DNA of 64,000 bases. It comes from Hyalangium minutum. GTDB taxonomy: Bacteria > Myxococcota > Myxococcia > Myxococcales > Myxococcaceae. A program made the translations under genes and the position numbers. The notes below the pieces were generated by a model. It ran no database searches, was not told the DNA's origin, and was given only the letters and a program-made list of their open reading frames with translations. The DNA lies in NCBI RefSeq assembly GCF_000737315.1, contig NZ_JMCB01000020.1:124001-188000 (forward strand). Reading direction: 5' to 3'. Positions 39,797 to 49,281 of the stretch are shown piece by piece (position 1 is the first letter of the stretch; each line of letters starts with the position of its first letter).

Positions 39797-40339
39797 CTAC
39801 TCCGCCAGAGCCGCGTCGAGCGCCTTCTTCAGCTCGGCGCTGTCGGGCTCCACACTGCTGGCGAAGGCGGCCTTCACCTGGCCGTCCTTGCCTACCACGT
39901 ACTTGTGGAAGTTCCACTTGGGCGCGCCGTGCTTGCGCGCGAGGAACTCGTACACGGGCGACTGGCCCTCGCCCTTCGTCTTCACCTTCTCGAACATGGG
40001 GAAGGTGACCTTGAAGCGCAGCTCGCAGAACTTGGCGATCTCCTGCGAGGTGCCCGGTTCCTGGCCGCCGAAGTCATTCGAGGGGAAGCCCAGCACCACC
40101 GCGCCCTTGTCCTTGTACTCCTTGGAGAGCTTCTCCAGCCCGGCGTACTGCGGCGTGTAGCCACACTCTGAGGCGGTGTTCACCACCAGGAGTACCTTGC
40201 CCTTGTACTCCGACAGGTTCTCCTGCTTGCCGTTGAGACGGTTCGGTTTGAGATCGAAGAAGGACACGGCGGGCTCCGCGAAGGCAGCGGCCCCGAAGGT
40301 GGCCGCCACGAGGGTAAACAACAGGGTGAGTTTGCGCAT
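39797..40339 (-). CDS. Glutathione peroxidase (Cys-type) with signal peptide
   Basis: VNTASECGYTPQY, LGFPSNDFGGQEPG, PKWNFHKY. Confidence 0.93.
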   Translation of the reverse strand: MRKLTLLFTLVAATFGAAAFAEPAVSFFDLKPNRLNGKQENLSEYKGKVLLVVNTASECGYTPQYAGLEKLSKEYKDKGAVVLGFPSNDFGGQEPGTSQEIAKFCELRFKVTFPMFEKVKTKGEGQSPVYEFLARKHGAPKWNFHKYVVGKDGQVKAAFASSVEPDSAELKKALDAALAE

Positions 40340-40371
40340 AACACTCCTGACGTCTGAGTTGCCGCCGCGTT

Positions 40372-41361
40372 TCATCTCGTGCGGGCTGCATAACGTTCGG
40401 CCAGCACGGAGCAAACGATCAACTGGAGTTGGTGGTAGAACATCAACGGAAGGACGATGAGTCCCAGCCCTGGGTAGGCTCCGAAGAGCAGCCGCGCCAT
40501 GGGAACACCCGAGGCCAGCGTCTTCTTCGAGCCACAGAAGACGGCGGCGATCTCGTCCTCCTTGTCGAAGTGGGCCAGGCGGGCGGCCCGGGTGGTTAGC
40601 CACAACACCACCGCGAGCAGGAGCGCCGCGCCCCCGAGCGTCGTGGCGAGCAACCCCCCGCCGTACTGGGTGAAAAGGCCCGCCTCCACCGAGTCGCAGA
40701 ACGAGGCGTACACCAGCATCAGGATGACGAGCCGATCAAAGGTGTTCGTGTACTTCTTGTAGCGGGCGAACCAGGCCCCCACCAGCGGCCGGGCCAGCTG
40801 CCCCAGCACCAGCGGGAGCACCAACAGCGCCGCGAGCTTCAGCACTGCGTCCGCGAACGAGAGCGGCTGTCCCGTGGTCTTCGCCAGCAAGCCCACGAGC
40901 AGGGGCGTGAGCACGACGCCCAGGAGGCTCGACAGGCTCGCGTTGAAGATGGCGCCCGCCACATTGCCCCGGGCCACGGCCGTCATTGCCACCGAGGAGG
41001 AGATGGTGGACGGCACCGCGCACAGGTAGAGGAAGCCCAGCGTCAGGTCCGCCGGGAGCCACCGGCCCACCGCCTTATCGAGCACCCACCACAGCAGCGG
41101 GAACACGATGAAGGTGAAGGTCTGCACCAGCAGGTGGAGCCGCCAGCGCGCTACCCCGGCCTTCAGGTGCGCGGCGGAGAGCCCCACGCCATGGAAGAAG
41201 AAGACGAGGAAGATGCCCGCGTTGGCGAGCTTGTCCGCGTGCAGCGGCCCGCCCGTGCGGCCCACTCCTGGGAAGAGCGCCGCGAGCACCACTGCGCCAA
41301 TCATGCCTCCCAGGAACCAGTCGCGAGACAGCCGCTGGAGGACGCGGGAGGCGACGCTCAC
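40372..41361 (-). CDS. Bile acid:Na+ symporter (SBF-like) family transporter
   Basis: PSTISSS, GNVAGAIFNASLSSLLG, FCGSKKTLASGVPM; GTG start overlaps the upstream TGA. Confidence 0.88.
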   Translation of the reverse strand: MSVASRVLQRLSRDWFLGGMIGAVVLAALFPGVGRTGGPLHADKLANAGIFLVFFFHGVGLSAAHLKAGVARWRLHLLVQTFTFIVFPLLWWVLDKAVGRWLPADLTLGFLYLCAVPSTISSSVAMTAVARGNVAGAIFNASLSSLLGVVLTPLLVGLLAKTTGQPLSFADAVLKLAALLVLPLVLGQLARPLVGAWFARYKKYTNTFDRLVILMLVYASFCDSVEAGLFTQYGGGLLATTLGGAALLLAVVLWLTTRAARLAHFDKEDEIAAVFCGSKKTLASGVPMARLLFGAYPGLGLIVLPLMFYHQLQLIVCSVLAERYAARTR

Positions 41362-42359
41362 AGCGCGGCGATGATGGCGTCCGTGAACTCGCGGGTGTTG
41401 GCGGTGCCGCCGATGTCGCCCGTGCGCACCTTGGCCTCGGTGTAGACCTTCTCGATGGCCGCCTGCATGCGCTTGGCCTCGGGGCTCATGCCCAGCCAGT
41501 CCAGCATCATCACCGCGGACATCATCAGCGCCGTGGGGTTGGCGATGCCCTTGCCGGCGATGTCCGGCGCGGTGCCGTGGACGGCTTCGAACACCGCGGT
41601 GCGCTCGCCGATGTTGGCACCCGGCACCACACCCAGGCCGCCCACCAGGCCCGCGCACAAGTCACTGACGATGTCGCCGTAGAGGTTCTCCATCACCAGC
41701 ACGTCGTAGCGGGTGGGGTCCTTCACCAGCTGCATGCAGAAGTTGTCGATGATGAGCTCTTCGTACTGGATCTCCGGGAACTCGCGGCCGACCTTGCGGG
41801 TGCAGTCCAGGAAGAGGCCGTCCGACAGCTTCATGATGTTGGCCTTGTGAACGGAGGTCACCTTCTTGCGGCCGTGCTTCTTGGCGTACTCGAAGGCGAA
41901 GCGGGCAATGCGCGTGGAGGCCTTCTCGGTGATGATCTTCAGCGACTCGACGACGCCCGGGACGATGATGTGCTCCAGGCCGGCGTAGAGGCTCTCGGTG
42001 TTCTCGCGCACCACCACGAGGTCCACGTCCTCGTAGCGCGTCTTCACGTTGGGCACGCTCTTCACCGGGCGCAGCGAGGAGTACAAGTCCAAGCGCTTGC
42101 GCAGGCCCACGTTGGCCGAGGCCATGCCGCCGCCCACCACCGTGCCCGTGGGGCCCTTGAGCGCCACGCCGCTGCGCAGCACTGCCTCCACCGTCTCGTG
42201 GGGCAGATTGGTGCCGTACTTCGCAATGACTTCGGCGCCTGCATCCTTGTACTCGAACTCGAGGGGCAGCTTGAGCGCCTCGAGAACCCGGATGGTGGCC
42301 GCCATGACCTCGGGGCCGATGCCGTCGCCATTGATGATTGTAACCGTGCGGTTCGCCAT
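41358..42359 (-). CDS. Isocitrate/isopropylmalate dehydrogenase family (probable NAD-type IDH)
   Basis: GDGIGPEV, RENTE, HKANIMK, ENLYGDIVSD, EAVHGTAPDIAGK. Confidence 0.9.
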   Translation of the reverse strand: MANRTVTIINGDGIGPEVMAATIRVLEALKLPLEFEYKDAGAEVIAKYGTNLPHETVEAVLRSGVALKGPTGTVVGGGMASANVGLRKRLDLYSSLRPVKSVPNVKTRYEDVDLVVVRENTESLYAGLEHIIVPGVVESLKIITEKASTRIARFAFEYAKKHGRKKVTSVHKANIMKLSDGLFLDCTRKVGREFPEIQYEELIIDNFCMQLVKDPTRYDVLVMENLYGDIVSDLCAGLVGGLGVVPGANIGERTAVFEAVHGTAPDIAGKGIANPTALMMSAVMMLDWLGMSPEAKRMQAAIEKVYTEAKVRTGDIGGTANTREFTDAIIAAL

Positions 42360-42446
42360 GGGCCGGATTCAAGGCACAAAAGCCCGGGGCTCGAAAGCAG
42401 GAAAAGGCCCCCGCCTCGCCCGCACTGATGGAAACCACAAGCAGCC

Positions 42447-43241
42447 CTAGTGGGTCGAAGGGATGATGGGTGGGGGGCGGCCGGACGGCGGCGCGGGAGG
42501 CTGGTCAGGCCGGGTGCGGCGGGGCCGGCGCACGGCATAGGGCCGGTAGAACGACTCCAAGAGCGTATAGCGGCGGGTTCTGTGGCGTGGGCGCAGCTCG
42601 CCCAGCGGAGCGCGGACGAAGTACGAGGAGATGAAGAGGTAGGCCGCCAGCAGGGACAGCACCGCGACGATGATCATGATCACGCTGCCCGGCATCGGGC
42701 CGACGTGGGCCCGGTCCACGAACTCGCGGAAGGTGACCGGCGGCTGCGGGTGGCTGTAGACCTTCACGAACCAGCTCAGCAGCAGGACGATGAGGATGGG
42801 CCCGTACGTGCGGTTGAGCCGCGTGGAGATGGCGGAGAACAGCGACAGGTGGATCTGCGGCCGTGACAGCTCCACGGCCAGCTCGCGCAGGGCGTCTGGA
42901 TCCACCGGCTCGTGGCGCAGCATGGGCGCCCAGTAGCCATCCTCGAGCAGGCGGACGCGCCGGTTCCACAAGTCGTAGTAGCGGTAGCGGCGCGCCTCGA
43001 CCATGAGGAAGGAGATCACCATCCAGATGCCCACCAGGAATGTCACGTGGGGGCTGGAGGCGTTGGCGAAGCCGAAGGAGATCACCGCCGCCGTGGTGGT
43101 GAGCGCCCAGTTCGTCGTGGTGTCGAGGCGCGTGCGCCACTTGTCCGAGCGGCTGAGCTCCCCCCGGTAAAGCTGGGCCATGGCCGCGTCCGAGAGGTTG
43201 AGCGACTCGAGCCCGTTCTTGTCCCGTCCATTGACTCGCAT
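42447..43241 (-). CDS. DUF2270-like membrane protein
   Basis: LYRGEL.RSD.WRTRLDTTTNWA, EARRYRYYD. Confidence 0.85.
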   Translation of the reverse strand: MRVNGRDKNGLESLNLSDAAMAQLYRGELSRSDKWRTRLDTTTNWALTTTAAVISFGFANASSPHVTFLVGIWMVISFLMVEARRYRYYDLWNRRVRLLEDGYWAPMLRHEPVDPDALRELAVELSRPQIHLSLFSAISTRLNRTYGPILIVLLLSWFVKVYSHPQPPVTFREFVDRAHVGPMPGSVIMIIVAVLSLLAAYLFISSYFVRAPLGELRPRHRTRRYTLLESFYRPYAVRRPRRTRPDQPPAPPSGRPPPIIPSTH

Positions 43242-43360
43242 TCCTAACCGGAAAGGTAAGGGTGCCAGCCGAGAACGTGCCGCCAGCCGGGAGTAGCTTG
43301 GCTGCCTGCCTGCTCGGGGGTGGCCTCGCCCGCCTGCCGTGGCCACCTTGCTGTCCTGAC

Positions 43361-45412
43361 GTGACACCGAACGAGACCATCGACACGCTGGCGGAGCTGG
43401 TCCAGGAGGAGCGCGAGCGTTTGACGCGCCTGTGGGCCAAGCGCCTCCGCGAAGAGCTGTACGAGATAGACCTCCCGGGCCGGGATCTGCGCGCACCGCT
43501 GCGGCGGCTGATCGATGAGCTTGCCCGCCTGCTGAGCGATCGGCCGGATGAGGTGCTGCGGCTGTGGCCCGAGGTGGTGCGGGCCCACGGGGCCTTCCGG
43601 TACGACCAGCGCTTCGAGCCCGAGGACCTGGTGCGCGAGTTCAAGGCGCTGGAGGAGGTGCTGCTGCGCGTCTACTCCCGCCGCCACGAGGGCCGGCTGG
43701 AGCCGGAGGTGGCCGAGTTCATCACCGAGCTGGTGGGCGAGGCCAACGCCTCGGCGCAGGCCTCGTATGCGCGCGTGCTGAGGACGGAGGAGGTGCGTTT
43801 CCGCGAGGCGGCGGTGATGGAGTCCATCCTCTACCACATGGATGTGGGCATCCTGCTGGCGGAGGTGGATGGGAGCGTGTCCTTCGCCACTCAGCCGGTG
43901 AGCAGGCTGATGGGGGTGCCCATGCGCTCGGTGGTGGGGGCGCGCACGGCGAACTCGCTGGCGCCGGTGCTGGCGCAGGTGCGCGCGCACCACCCCTCGG
44001 GGGAACCGTTCAAGGTGACGGACCTGCCCTTCATGCGGGCGCTCCAGGAGCGCGGGCCGGTGCGTGGAGTGATGATGGTGGTGGAGCGGCCCGGAGGCGG
44101 AGAGGCCTGGCTGGAGATGAGCGCCACGCCCATCTGGGAGGAGGGCGGCGAGCTGGCCGGCGTCATCCAGACGCTCACGGATCGCACCGAGGCGGCCACG
44201 AAGACGCGGGAGCTGACGAACGCGCAAGACGAGCTGCGGCGGCTGCAGGGGCGGCTGCTGCAGCGCACCCGGGCGCAGGCGCTGGGGCAGCTGGCCAGCG
44301 GGGCGGCGCACGCGCTCAACAACTTCCTCAACGTGCTGCGCCTGCGCATCACCCTGCTGCGGCGCGAGTTCAAGCCCGAGCACCTGGACGCGCTGGACCG
44401 GACGGTGGGGCAGATTGGCGAGCTGGTGGGGCGGCTGCAGGAGTTCAACGTGCAGCGCACCGAGGAGGTGCTGAAGGACGTGCCCCTCGATGCGGTGGTG
44501 CGCGAGGCGCTGGAGTTGGTGCGCGGCGAACTGGAGCGGGGAGGGCATCCGGTGGCGGTGGATCTGCACCTGGGAGATCCGGGCATGGTGCATGCCGATA
44601 CCGGCTTCCTGCGCGAGCTGGTGGTGAGCCTGCTGCTGGCGGCCCGGGACCGGATGCAGCAGGGTGGCCGGTTGGATCTCACCACGCAGGCGGAGGGCAC
44701 GGATCGCGTCACCTTGCGCATCCAGGACGAGGGCCCGCCCTATGCGGTGGAGGAGCTGTCGAGGTTGTTCGATCCGCTCAACCGGGAGGCGGGGGCGCCT
44801 CAGGTGGCCTTGCAGCTGGCGGTGGTGCGGGCCCAGGTGCAGCGCTGGGGCGGTGAACTGACGGTGGAGAATTCGCAGAGCGGGACGGGCGGCGCCTTCG
44901 TGGTGCGGCTGCCTCGCGCGAAGGCCGCGCATGAGCAGGAGCCCCGTCCCGAGGCGGTGACGACGGGGCCACGCCGCTTCCAGCAGACGCGCCGCGTGCT
45001 GGTGGTGGACGACGACATGGACAACGCGCGGATGCTGGCGGAGGTGCTCGGGGACGAGGGCTATGACGTGCAGGTGGCCCAGAGCGCGGAGGTGGCGCTG
45101 CAGCTGTGGGAGCGCCGCCGCTACGACGCGGCCCTGCTGGACGCGCTGATGCCAGACAAGACCGGCTGGGAGCTCGCGAAGGAGCTGCGCCAGCGGACGC
45201 CGCAGGCCCTGCTGGCCATCGTCACCGGCATGGACGTCCGGGGGCAGAGCCGCGCCACGCTGGCGCTCGTGGACGCGGTGTTCCGGAAGCCGATCGACGT
45301 GGGCGCGCTGGACGAGTTCCTCTCTCAGTCGGAGACGCCCGCCACCCCCTCCGAGCCGTCTGCTCCGGCGTCCGGTGGGGAGAAGGTTGGGGAGGGCCCG
45401 TTGACCCATTAG
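43361..45412 (+). CDS. Hybrid sensor kinase-like protein (RsbRD_N-like/PAS/HisKA/degenerate HATPase/REC)
   Basis: H-box AHALNN; PAS-like region; receiver VLVVDDD...LLDALMP...RKP. Confidence 0.85.
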   Translation: MTPNETIDTLAELVQEERERLTRLWAKRLREELYEIDLPGRDLRAPLRRLIDELARLLSDRPDEVLRLWPEVVRAHGAFRYDQRFEPEDLVREFKALEEVLLRVYSRRHEGRLEPEVAEFITELVGEANASAQASYARVLRTEEVRFREAAVMESILYHMDVGILLAEVDGSVSFATQPVSRLMGVPMRSVVGARTANSLAPVLAQVRAHHPSGEPFKVTDLPFMRALQERGPVRGVMMVVERPGGGEAWLEMSATPIWEEGGELAGVIQTLTDRTEAATKTRELTNAQDELRRLQGRLLQRTRAQALGQLASGAAHALNNFLNVLRLRITLLRREFKPEHLDALDRTVGQIGELVGRLQEFNVQRTEEVLKDVPLDAVVREALELVRGELERGGHPVAVDLHLGDPGMVHADTGFLRELVVSLLLAARDRMQQGGRLDLTTQAEGTDRVTLRIQDEGPPYAVEELSRLFDPLNREAGAPQVALQLAVVRAQVQRWGGELTVENSQSGTGGAFVVRLPRAKAAHEQEPRPEAVTTGPRRFQQTRRVLVVDDDMDNARMLAEVLGDEGYDVQVAQSAEVALQLWERRRYDAALLDALMPDKTGWELAKELRQRTPQALLAIVTGMDVRGQSRATLALVDAVFRKPIDVGALDEFLSQSETPATPSEPSAPASGGEKVGEGPLTH

Positions 45413-45421
45413 AGTCGTGCC

Positions 45422-46669
45422 GTGAGCGCCAACCTGGAGAGCATTCGCCGCAAGGTGGAGGCGGGCGAGGTCTTGAGTGACGCGGAGCTGACCGCGCTGC
45501 GCGACGTAGCCGCGGGCAGTGAGGGCCCCACGCTGTGGCTGGCGGTGGCGCACGCGCTCGTCAACGCAGGGGCCGAGCGCGAGGCGCTGCCCCTGATGGA
45601 GCGGCTGCGGCGGGACTTCCCTCAAGACTTGCAGGTGCGGCTGGGGCTGGCGCGGGCGCTGCTTGGGCTGGAGCGGCACGGAGACGCAGAGGAGGTGCTG
45701 CGCGAGGCGCTGGTTCTCAGCCCGGGAGACCCCGAGGCAGTGAAAGTGCTGGCGGTGCTCGCACTGCGCCGGGGCGAGAAGGGCCGCGCACAGCAGTACG
45801 TGACGGACGTGCTGGAGCGGGATCCGTTTGATCCGGAGGCGCGGCTCCTGAAGGAAGAGCTGGAGGCGGTGGAGCTGCCCTCGCACGCGCCCGTCGAGGA
45901 GCAGGTGCTGCGCCCGGAGTTCAACGCGGCGCTGGCCGCGGCCCTGCGCAGGGCGGGCCTCCAGTTCCGCCTGCAGGGACGGGATGTGCTGGTGAAGCTG
46001 TCCTCGGGCGAGGTGGCGCGGGTGAATGTGGCCTCGCTCTACTCGGCCTATCAGGGGGGGAAGCGCGGGCTGACGGAGTACGTGGAGAAGCTGGCCGCGC
46101 AGATCGGCGGCATGCGCACGGAGCTGGGAGAGGACGCCACGCCCCTGTTGCGCCGGCTGCGCCCCGTGCTCCGGCCCAGCGGCTTCGAGGCCCAGGCGGT
46201 GGGCTCGCTGCACCGCGCGGGGCCCGCGGGGCTCGAGGTGTTCTACGTGCTGGAGGATCCGGAGTACGTGCGCTACCTGCCCGAGTCGGCCTTGAAGGCC
46301 ATGGGGCTGACGGTGGAGGCGGCGGACAGCGCCGCGTGGAGCCACCTGGAGGCGAGCCCTGCCCCCGTGCGTCCGGTGGTGGTGGACCGGGGCGTGGTGC
46401 GGCTGGCGGAGACGTTCAGCGGACTCTGGGCCGTGGCGGAGGGAGACGGGCATGACGCGGCGCGACTGCTCACCTCGGAGCAGCGGCGGCGTCTGGCGCT
46501 CCAAGCAGGGGAGGGGGCTCTTCGTGTGAATCTCGGCTGGCGGGAATTCGCGCTCCTCTGCCGCGAGTCGGACGCAGCCGAGTGTGAGGCGCTCTCGAAG
46601 CTGGGACACGCCCCGGACGGCATCCCCGGCGTGTTTCGCCTCTCTGCTGAGGGACTGACCAAGCTCTGA
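45422..46669 (+). CDS. TPR-repeat protein with uncharacterised C-terminal domain
   Basis: Helical repeats such as LARALLGL...ALVLSPGDPEA; 9 nt downstream of the kinase-like gene. Confidence 0.8.
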   Translation: MSANLESIRRKVEAGEVLSDAELTALRDVAAGSEGPTLWLAVAHALVNAGAEREALPLMERLRRDFPQDLQVRLGLARALLGLERHGDAEEVLREALVLSPGDPEAVKVLAVLALRRGEKGRAQQYVTDVLERDPFDPEARLLKEELEAVELPSHAPVEEQVLRPEFNAALAAALRRAGLQFRLQGRDVLVKLSSGEVARVNVASLYSAYQGGKRGLTEYVEKLAAQIGGMRTELGEDATPLLRRLRPVLRPSGFEAQAVGSLHRAGPAGLEVFYVLEDPEYVRYLPESALKAMGLTVEAADSAAWSHLEASPAPVRPVVVDRGVVRLAETFSGLWAVAEGDGHDAARLLTSEQRRRLALQAGEGALRVNLGWREFALLCRESDAAECEALSKLGHAPDGIPGVFRLSAEGLTKL

Positions 46670-46727
46670 GCGGGGCTCAGAGGCCGCGGCGGTGGGTTAC
46701 ACTCGGGAAAGACAAAGGAGCCGCCCC

Positions 46728-47804
46728 ATGCATGAGCGTCTGTTACCGCCCTCCGCCGCTCCCAACGCGTGGGAGACCGTCCCTGACGCCGAGCAGAACT
46801 TCACCGTCTCCGTGCCGCGAGGCTGGCGGAGCCGGGCCTGGGTTCAGAGCAACGGGACCATCCCCGTGCAGCTCGTGAAGACCGAGAGTCCGGACGGAGA
46901 GACGTCGCTGTTCTTGGGCGATCCGACGATTCCCCAGTTCATGGATCCCGCCGCGGTGGTGTTCAGCCCACCTCCGGGAGTGGTGGTCCGGCCGTACATC
47001 TCCATCGAGCACTTCCTGCCCTTCTATGCGCAGCAGCGCTTTGGCGGACTGCCCGGCTTCAAGATGGGCTCGATGGCGCCGTCGCCGGAGCTGTTCCAGC
47101 TGCTGCTGCAGTCGGCCCAGCGCACGGGCGCGCAGGTGGGAATCACAGCGGGCCGGTTCACCTTCTCGTTCGATGAGGGTCCTCGCCGGGTGCAGGCACT
47201 CCTCTTTGGCGCCTGTACGAACTTTGGGCCAATCTGGTTCGCCGAAGTGTACGGCGTCTCCACGGTGGGACAGGCCGAGGCCTTTGCCCCGGCGCTGCTG
47301 GAGATGCTGGCCTCGCGGCGGACGAACCCGGCCGTCATCCGGCGCCTGCAGGAGGAGCGCGCGCGGTCAGCGGCGCAGCACCAGGCCACCATGGCGATGA
47401 TCAACCAGAACACCGCCTTCCTTCAGTCCCAACACCAGCAGAACATGTCGGCCCTGCGGGGCATGGCGGCGAGCCACCAGGCCCATATGGACTCGCTCCA
47501 CGCGAGCCACGATGCGCACAACGCCGCCTGGCAGAGCCAGCAGGCGGCACAGTCCGCGGCCCACTCCGCCTACATGCACAGCCACAGCTCCGATGACTCG
47601 CACCGCCGCTCCATCAACGCCATCACCGAGGAGCGCACCGTGATGGACAGAGAGGGCAACACCTATCAGGTGGCCGACGGCTACGACCGTTACTTCCGCC
47701 GCCGCTCGGACGGCGCGTGGATTGGCACCCCCGCTCACCGCGACCTGCGCGACATCCCCGGGGTGAATCCCGACGACTACGAAGAGGTGAAGATCAAGGT
47801 GTAG
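46728..47804 (+). CDS. Hypothetical protein with His/Gln/Ala-rich segment
   Basis: AAGGAG RBS; long ORF with no recognised family. Confidence 0.78.
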   Translation: MHERLLPPSAAPNAWETVPDAEQNFTVSVPRGWRSRAWVQSNGTIPVQLVKTESPDGETSLFLGDPTIPQFMDPAAVVFSPPPGVVVRPYISIEHFLPFYAQQRFGGLPGFKMGSMAPSPELFQLLLQSAQRTGAQVGITAGRFTFSFDEGPRRVQALLFGACTNFGPIWFAEVYGVSTVGQAEAFAPALLEMLASRRTNPAVIRRLQEERARSAAQHQATMAMINQNTAFLQSQHQQNMSALRGMAASHQAHMDSLHASHDAHNAAWQSQQAAQSAAHSAYMHSHSSDDSHRRSINAITEERTVMDREGNTYQVADGYDRYFRRRSDGAWIGTPAHRDLRDIPGVNPDDYEEVKIKV

Positions 47805-47882
47805 CCCGCCCTTTCTCCTCGCTGCGTGACCGGACAGGTCCCAGGCGCTCCGCGTGCTAGCGTTGAAAGTCTGGAGGAGTGG

Positions 47883-48641
47883 ATGCGCTTCGAAGGAAAG
47901 TCGGCCTTGATCACCGGGGCCAGCGAGGGAATTGGGTTCGCGATCGCGGCGGGCCTGGTCAAGGAGGGCGCGCGGGTGGTGATGGTCGCCCGGCGCGAGG
48001 AGGTGCTCGCGGAGGCCGCGCGCAAGCTGGGGCCCAACGCGTCGTATCTCGTGGGAGATGTGGCGAGCACGGAGACGGCCGAGCGCGCGGTCGAGGCTGC
48101 CGTGAGCCGCCACGGAGGGTTGGACCTGCTCGTGAACAACGCGGGCATCCTGCGCCCCGGGACGGTGGCGGAGCTGTCCATGGAAGACGTGGACGCGATG
48201 CTCGCCGTGAACCTGCGCTCGGCGGTGGCGTTCACCCACTCGGCCGTGAAGCCCCTGAGCCAGCGGAAGGGCGCGGCCATCCTGATGATCTCATCCGCCG
48301 TGGGGCGCATCCCCCTGCCGGGCATGTCCGTCTACGGCGCCACGAAGGCGGCGATGCAGCACCTGACCCTGACCTGGGCCATCGAGCTCGCGGAGAAGGG
48401 GATTCGTGTGAACTGCTTGTGCCCGGGGGCCATCGAGACTCCCGCCTTCCGTGCGGCGGCTCAGCAGATTCCACACCTGGAGCAGTGGACGCTCGCCAAC
48501 AGCCTGATCAAGCGCATGGCGCCCGCCGAGGAGCTGGCGCGGCATGCCTTGACGCTGCTGGACGAGAAGGAGGGCGGGTTCGTCACGGGCGCCGTCTGGG
48601 ATGTGGACGGCGGCTACCAGCTCCAGCGCTTCCTGGGGTGA
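47883..48641 (+). CDS. SDR family oxidoreductase
   Basis: TGASEGIG, NNAG, YGATK. Confidence 0.93.
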   Translation: MRFEGKSALITGASEGIGFAIAAGLVKEGARVVMVARREEVLAEAARKLGPNASYLVGDVASTETAERAVEAAVSRHGGLDLLVNNAGILRPGTVAELSMEDVDAMLAVNLRSAVAFTHSAVKPLSQRKGAAILMISSAVGRIPLPGMSVYGATKAAMQHLTLTWAIELAEKGIRVNCLCPGAIETPAFRAAAQQIPHLEQWTLANSLIKRMAPAEELARHALTLLDEKEGGFVTGAVWDVDGGYQLQRFLG

Positions 48642-48682
48642 GGGAAGCCTTGCTCGCTCACCGGGGGGCTCCTGCTCGGAGC

Positions 48683-48979
48683 CTACTGCTGCGTGCAGCA
48701 GGTCCAGGTGATGGTGTGGTAGGTGCTCGCGGAACACTGCCCCAACAGGTTGTAGCTCTGGCGGTACTCGTTGGCCTGACACGTGGCCAGCCCCAGCAGG
48801 TTCATTTCGTGGACACAGGACGCGAACTGGCGCGCGTCACTCCGGCAGGTCTCCAGCGCGCTCTTCTCCTGCGCCAGCGCCTCCGTTCCCTGCGCCTCCT
48901 CGACTCCGCCGCAGGCCGTCATCAGCAACAGCCCTCCTACCAGCGCACCCCGCGTCATCCTCTGAAAAGCGTTCTTCAT
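48683..48979 (-). CDS. Small Cys-rich lipoprotein
   Basis: GAGGAGAG RBS; lipobox MTAC; 6 further Cys ending in TCCTQQ. Confidence 0.75.
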   Translation of the reverse strand: MKNAFQRMTRGALVGGLLLMTACGGVEEAQGTEALAQEKSALETCRSDARQFASCVHEMNLLGLATCQANEYRQSYNLLGQCSASTYHTITWTCCTQQ

Positions 48980-49281
48980 GGCGAGCTCTCCTCTGCTGCG
49001 AACGGTCTGCAATGAGAATGGAAATCCATGTTAATCAATAAAAACAAGAAAAATAAGTCCAGGGGGCGTTCTCGGGCACCTGCCGCAGGAAGCGCTGACG
49101 GGCCACCTTGTCCGGGGTGTCCTGCGCGCGCTCGCGCACGCAGGACAACGCATGGAGCGGAGTCCAGAGTGACGCCCCACAGCAGGCGGGGCCCCGCAGC
49201 AGGTTGCCGCACACTTGAGGGACTGGGAGTGACATCCTGGGGATTCGTTTTCGAGGAACCCGTACCCCTTGAGGAGGGGAG

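Noticed and set aside
39797-40339. Selenocysteine glutathione peroxidase
   Set aside because: The active site is a normal Cys codon (SECG) with no in-frame TGA.
43244-46609. 1121-aa antisense ORF
   Set aside because: Antisense shadow of the kinase-like and TPR genes; stop-poor because of high GC.
48980-49280. Sigma54 -24/-12 promoter beside the activator
   Set aside because: No convincing TGGCAC-N5-TTGC match found by eye on either strand.
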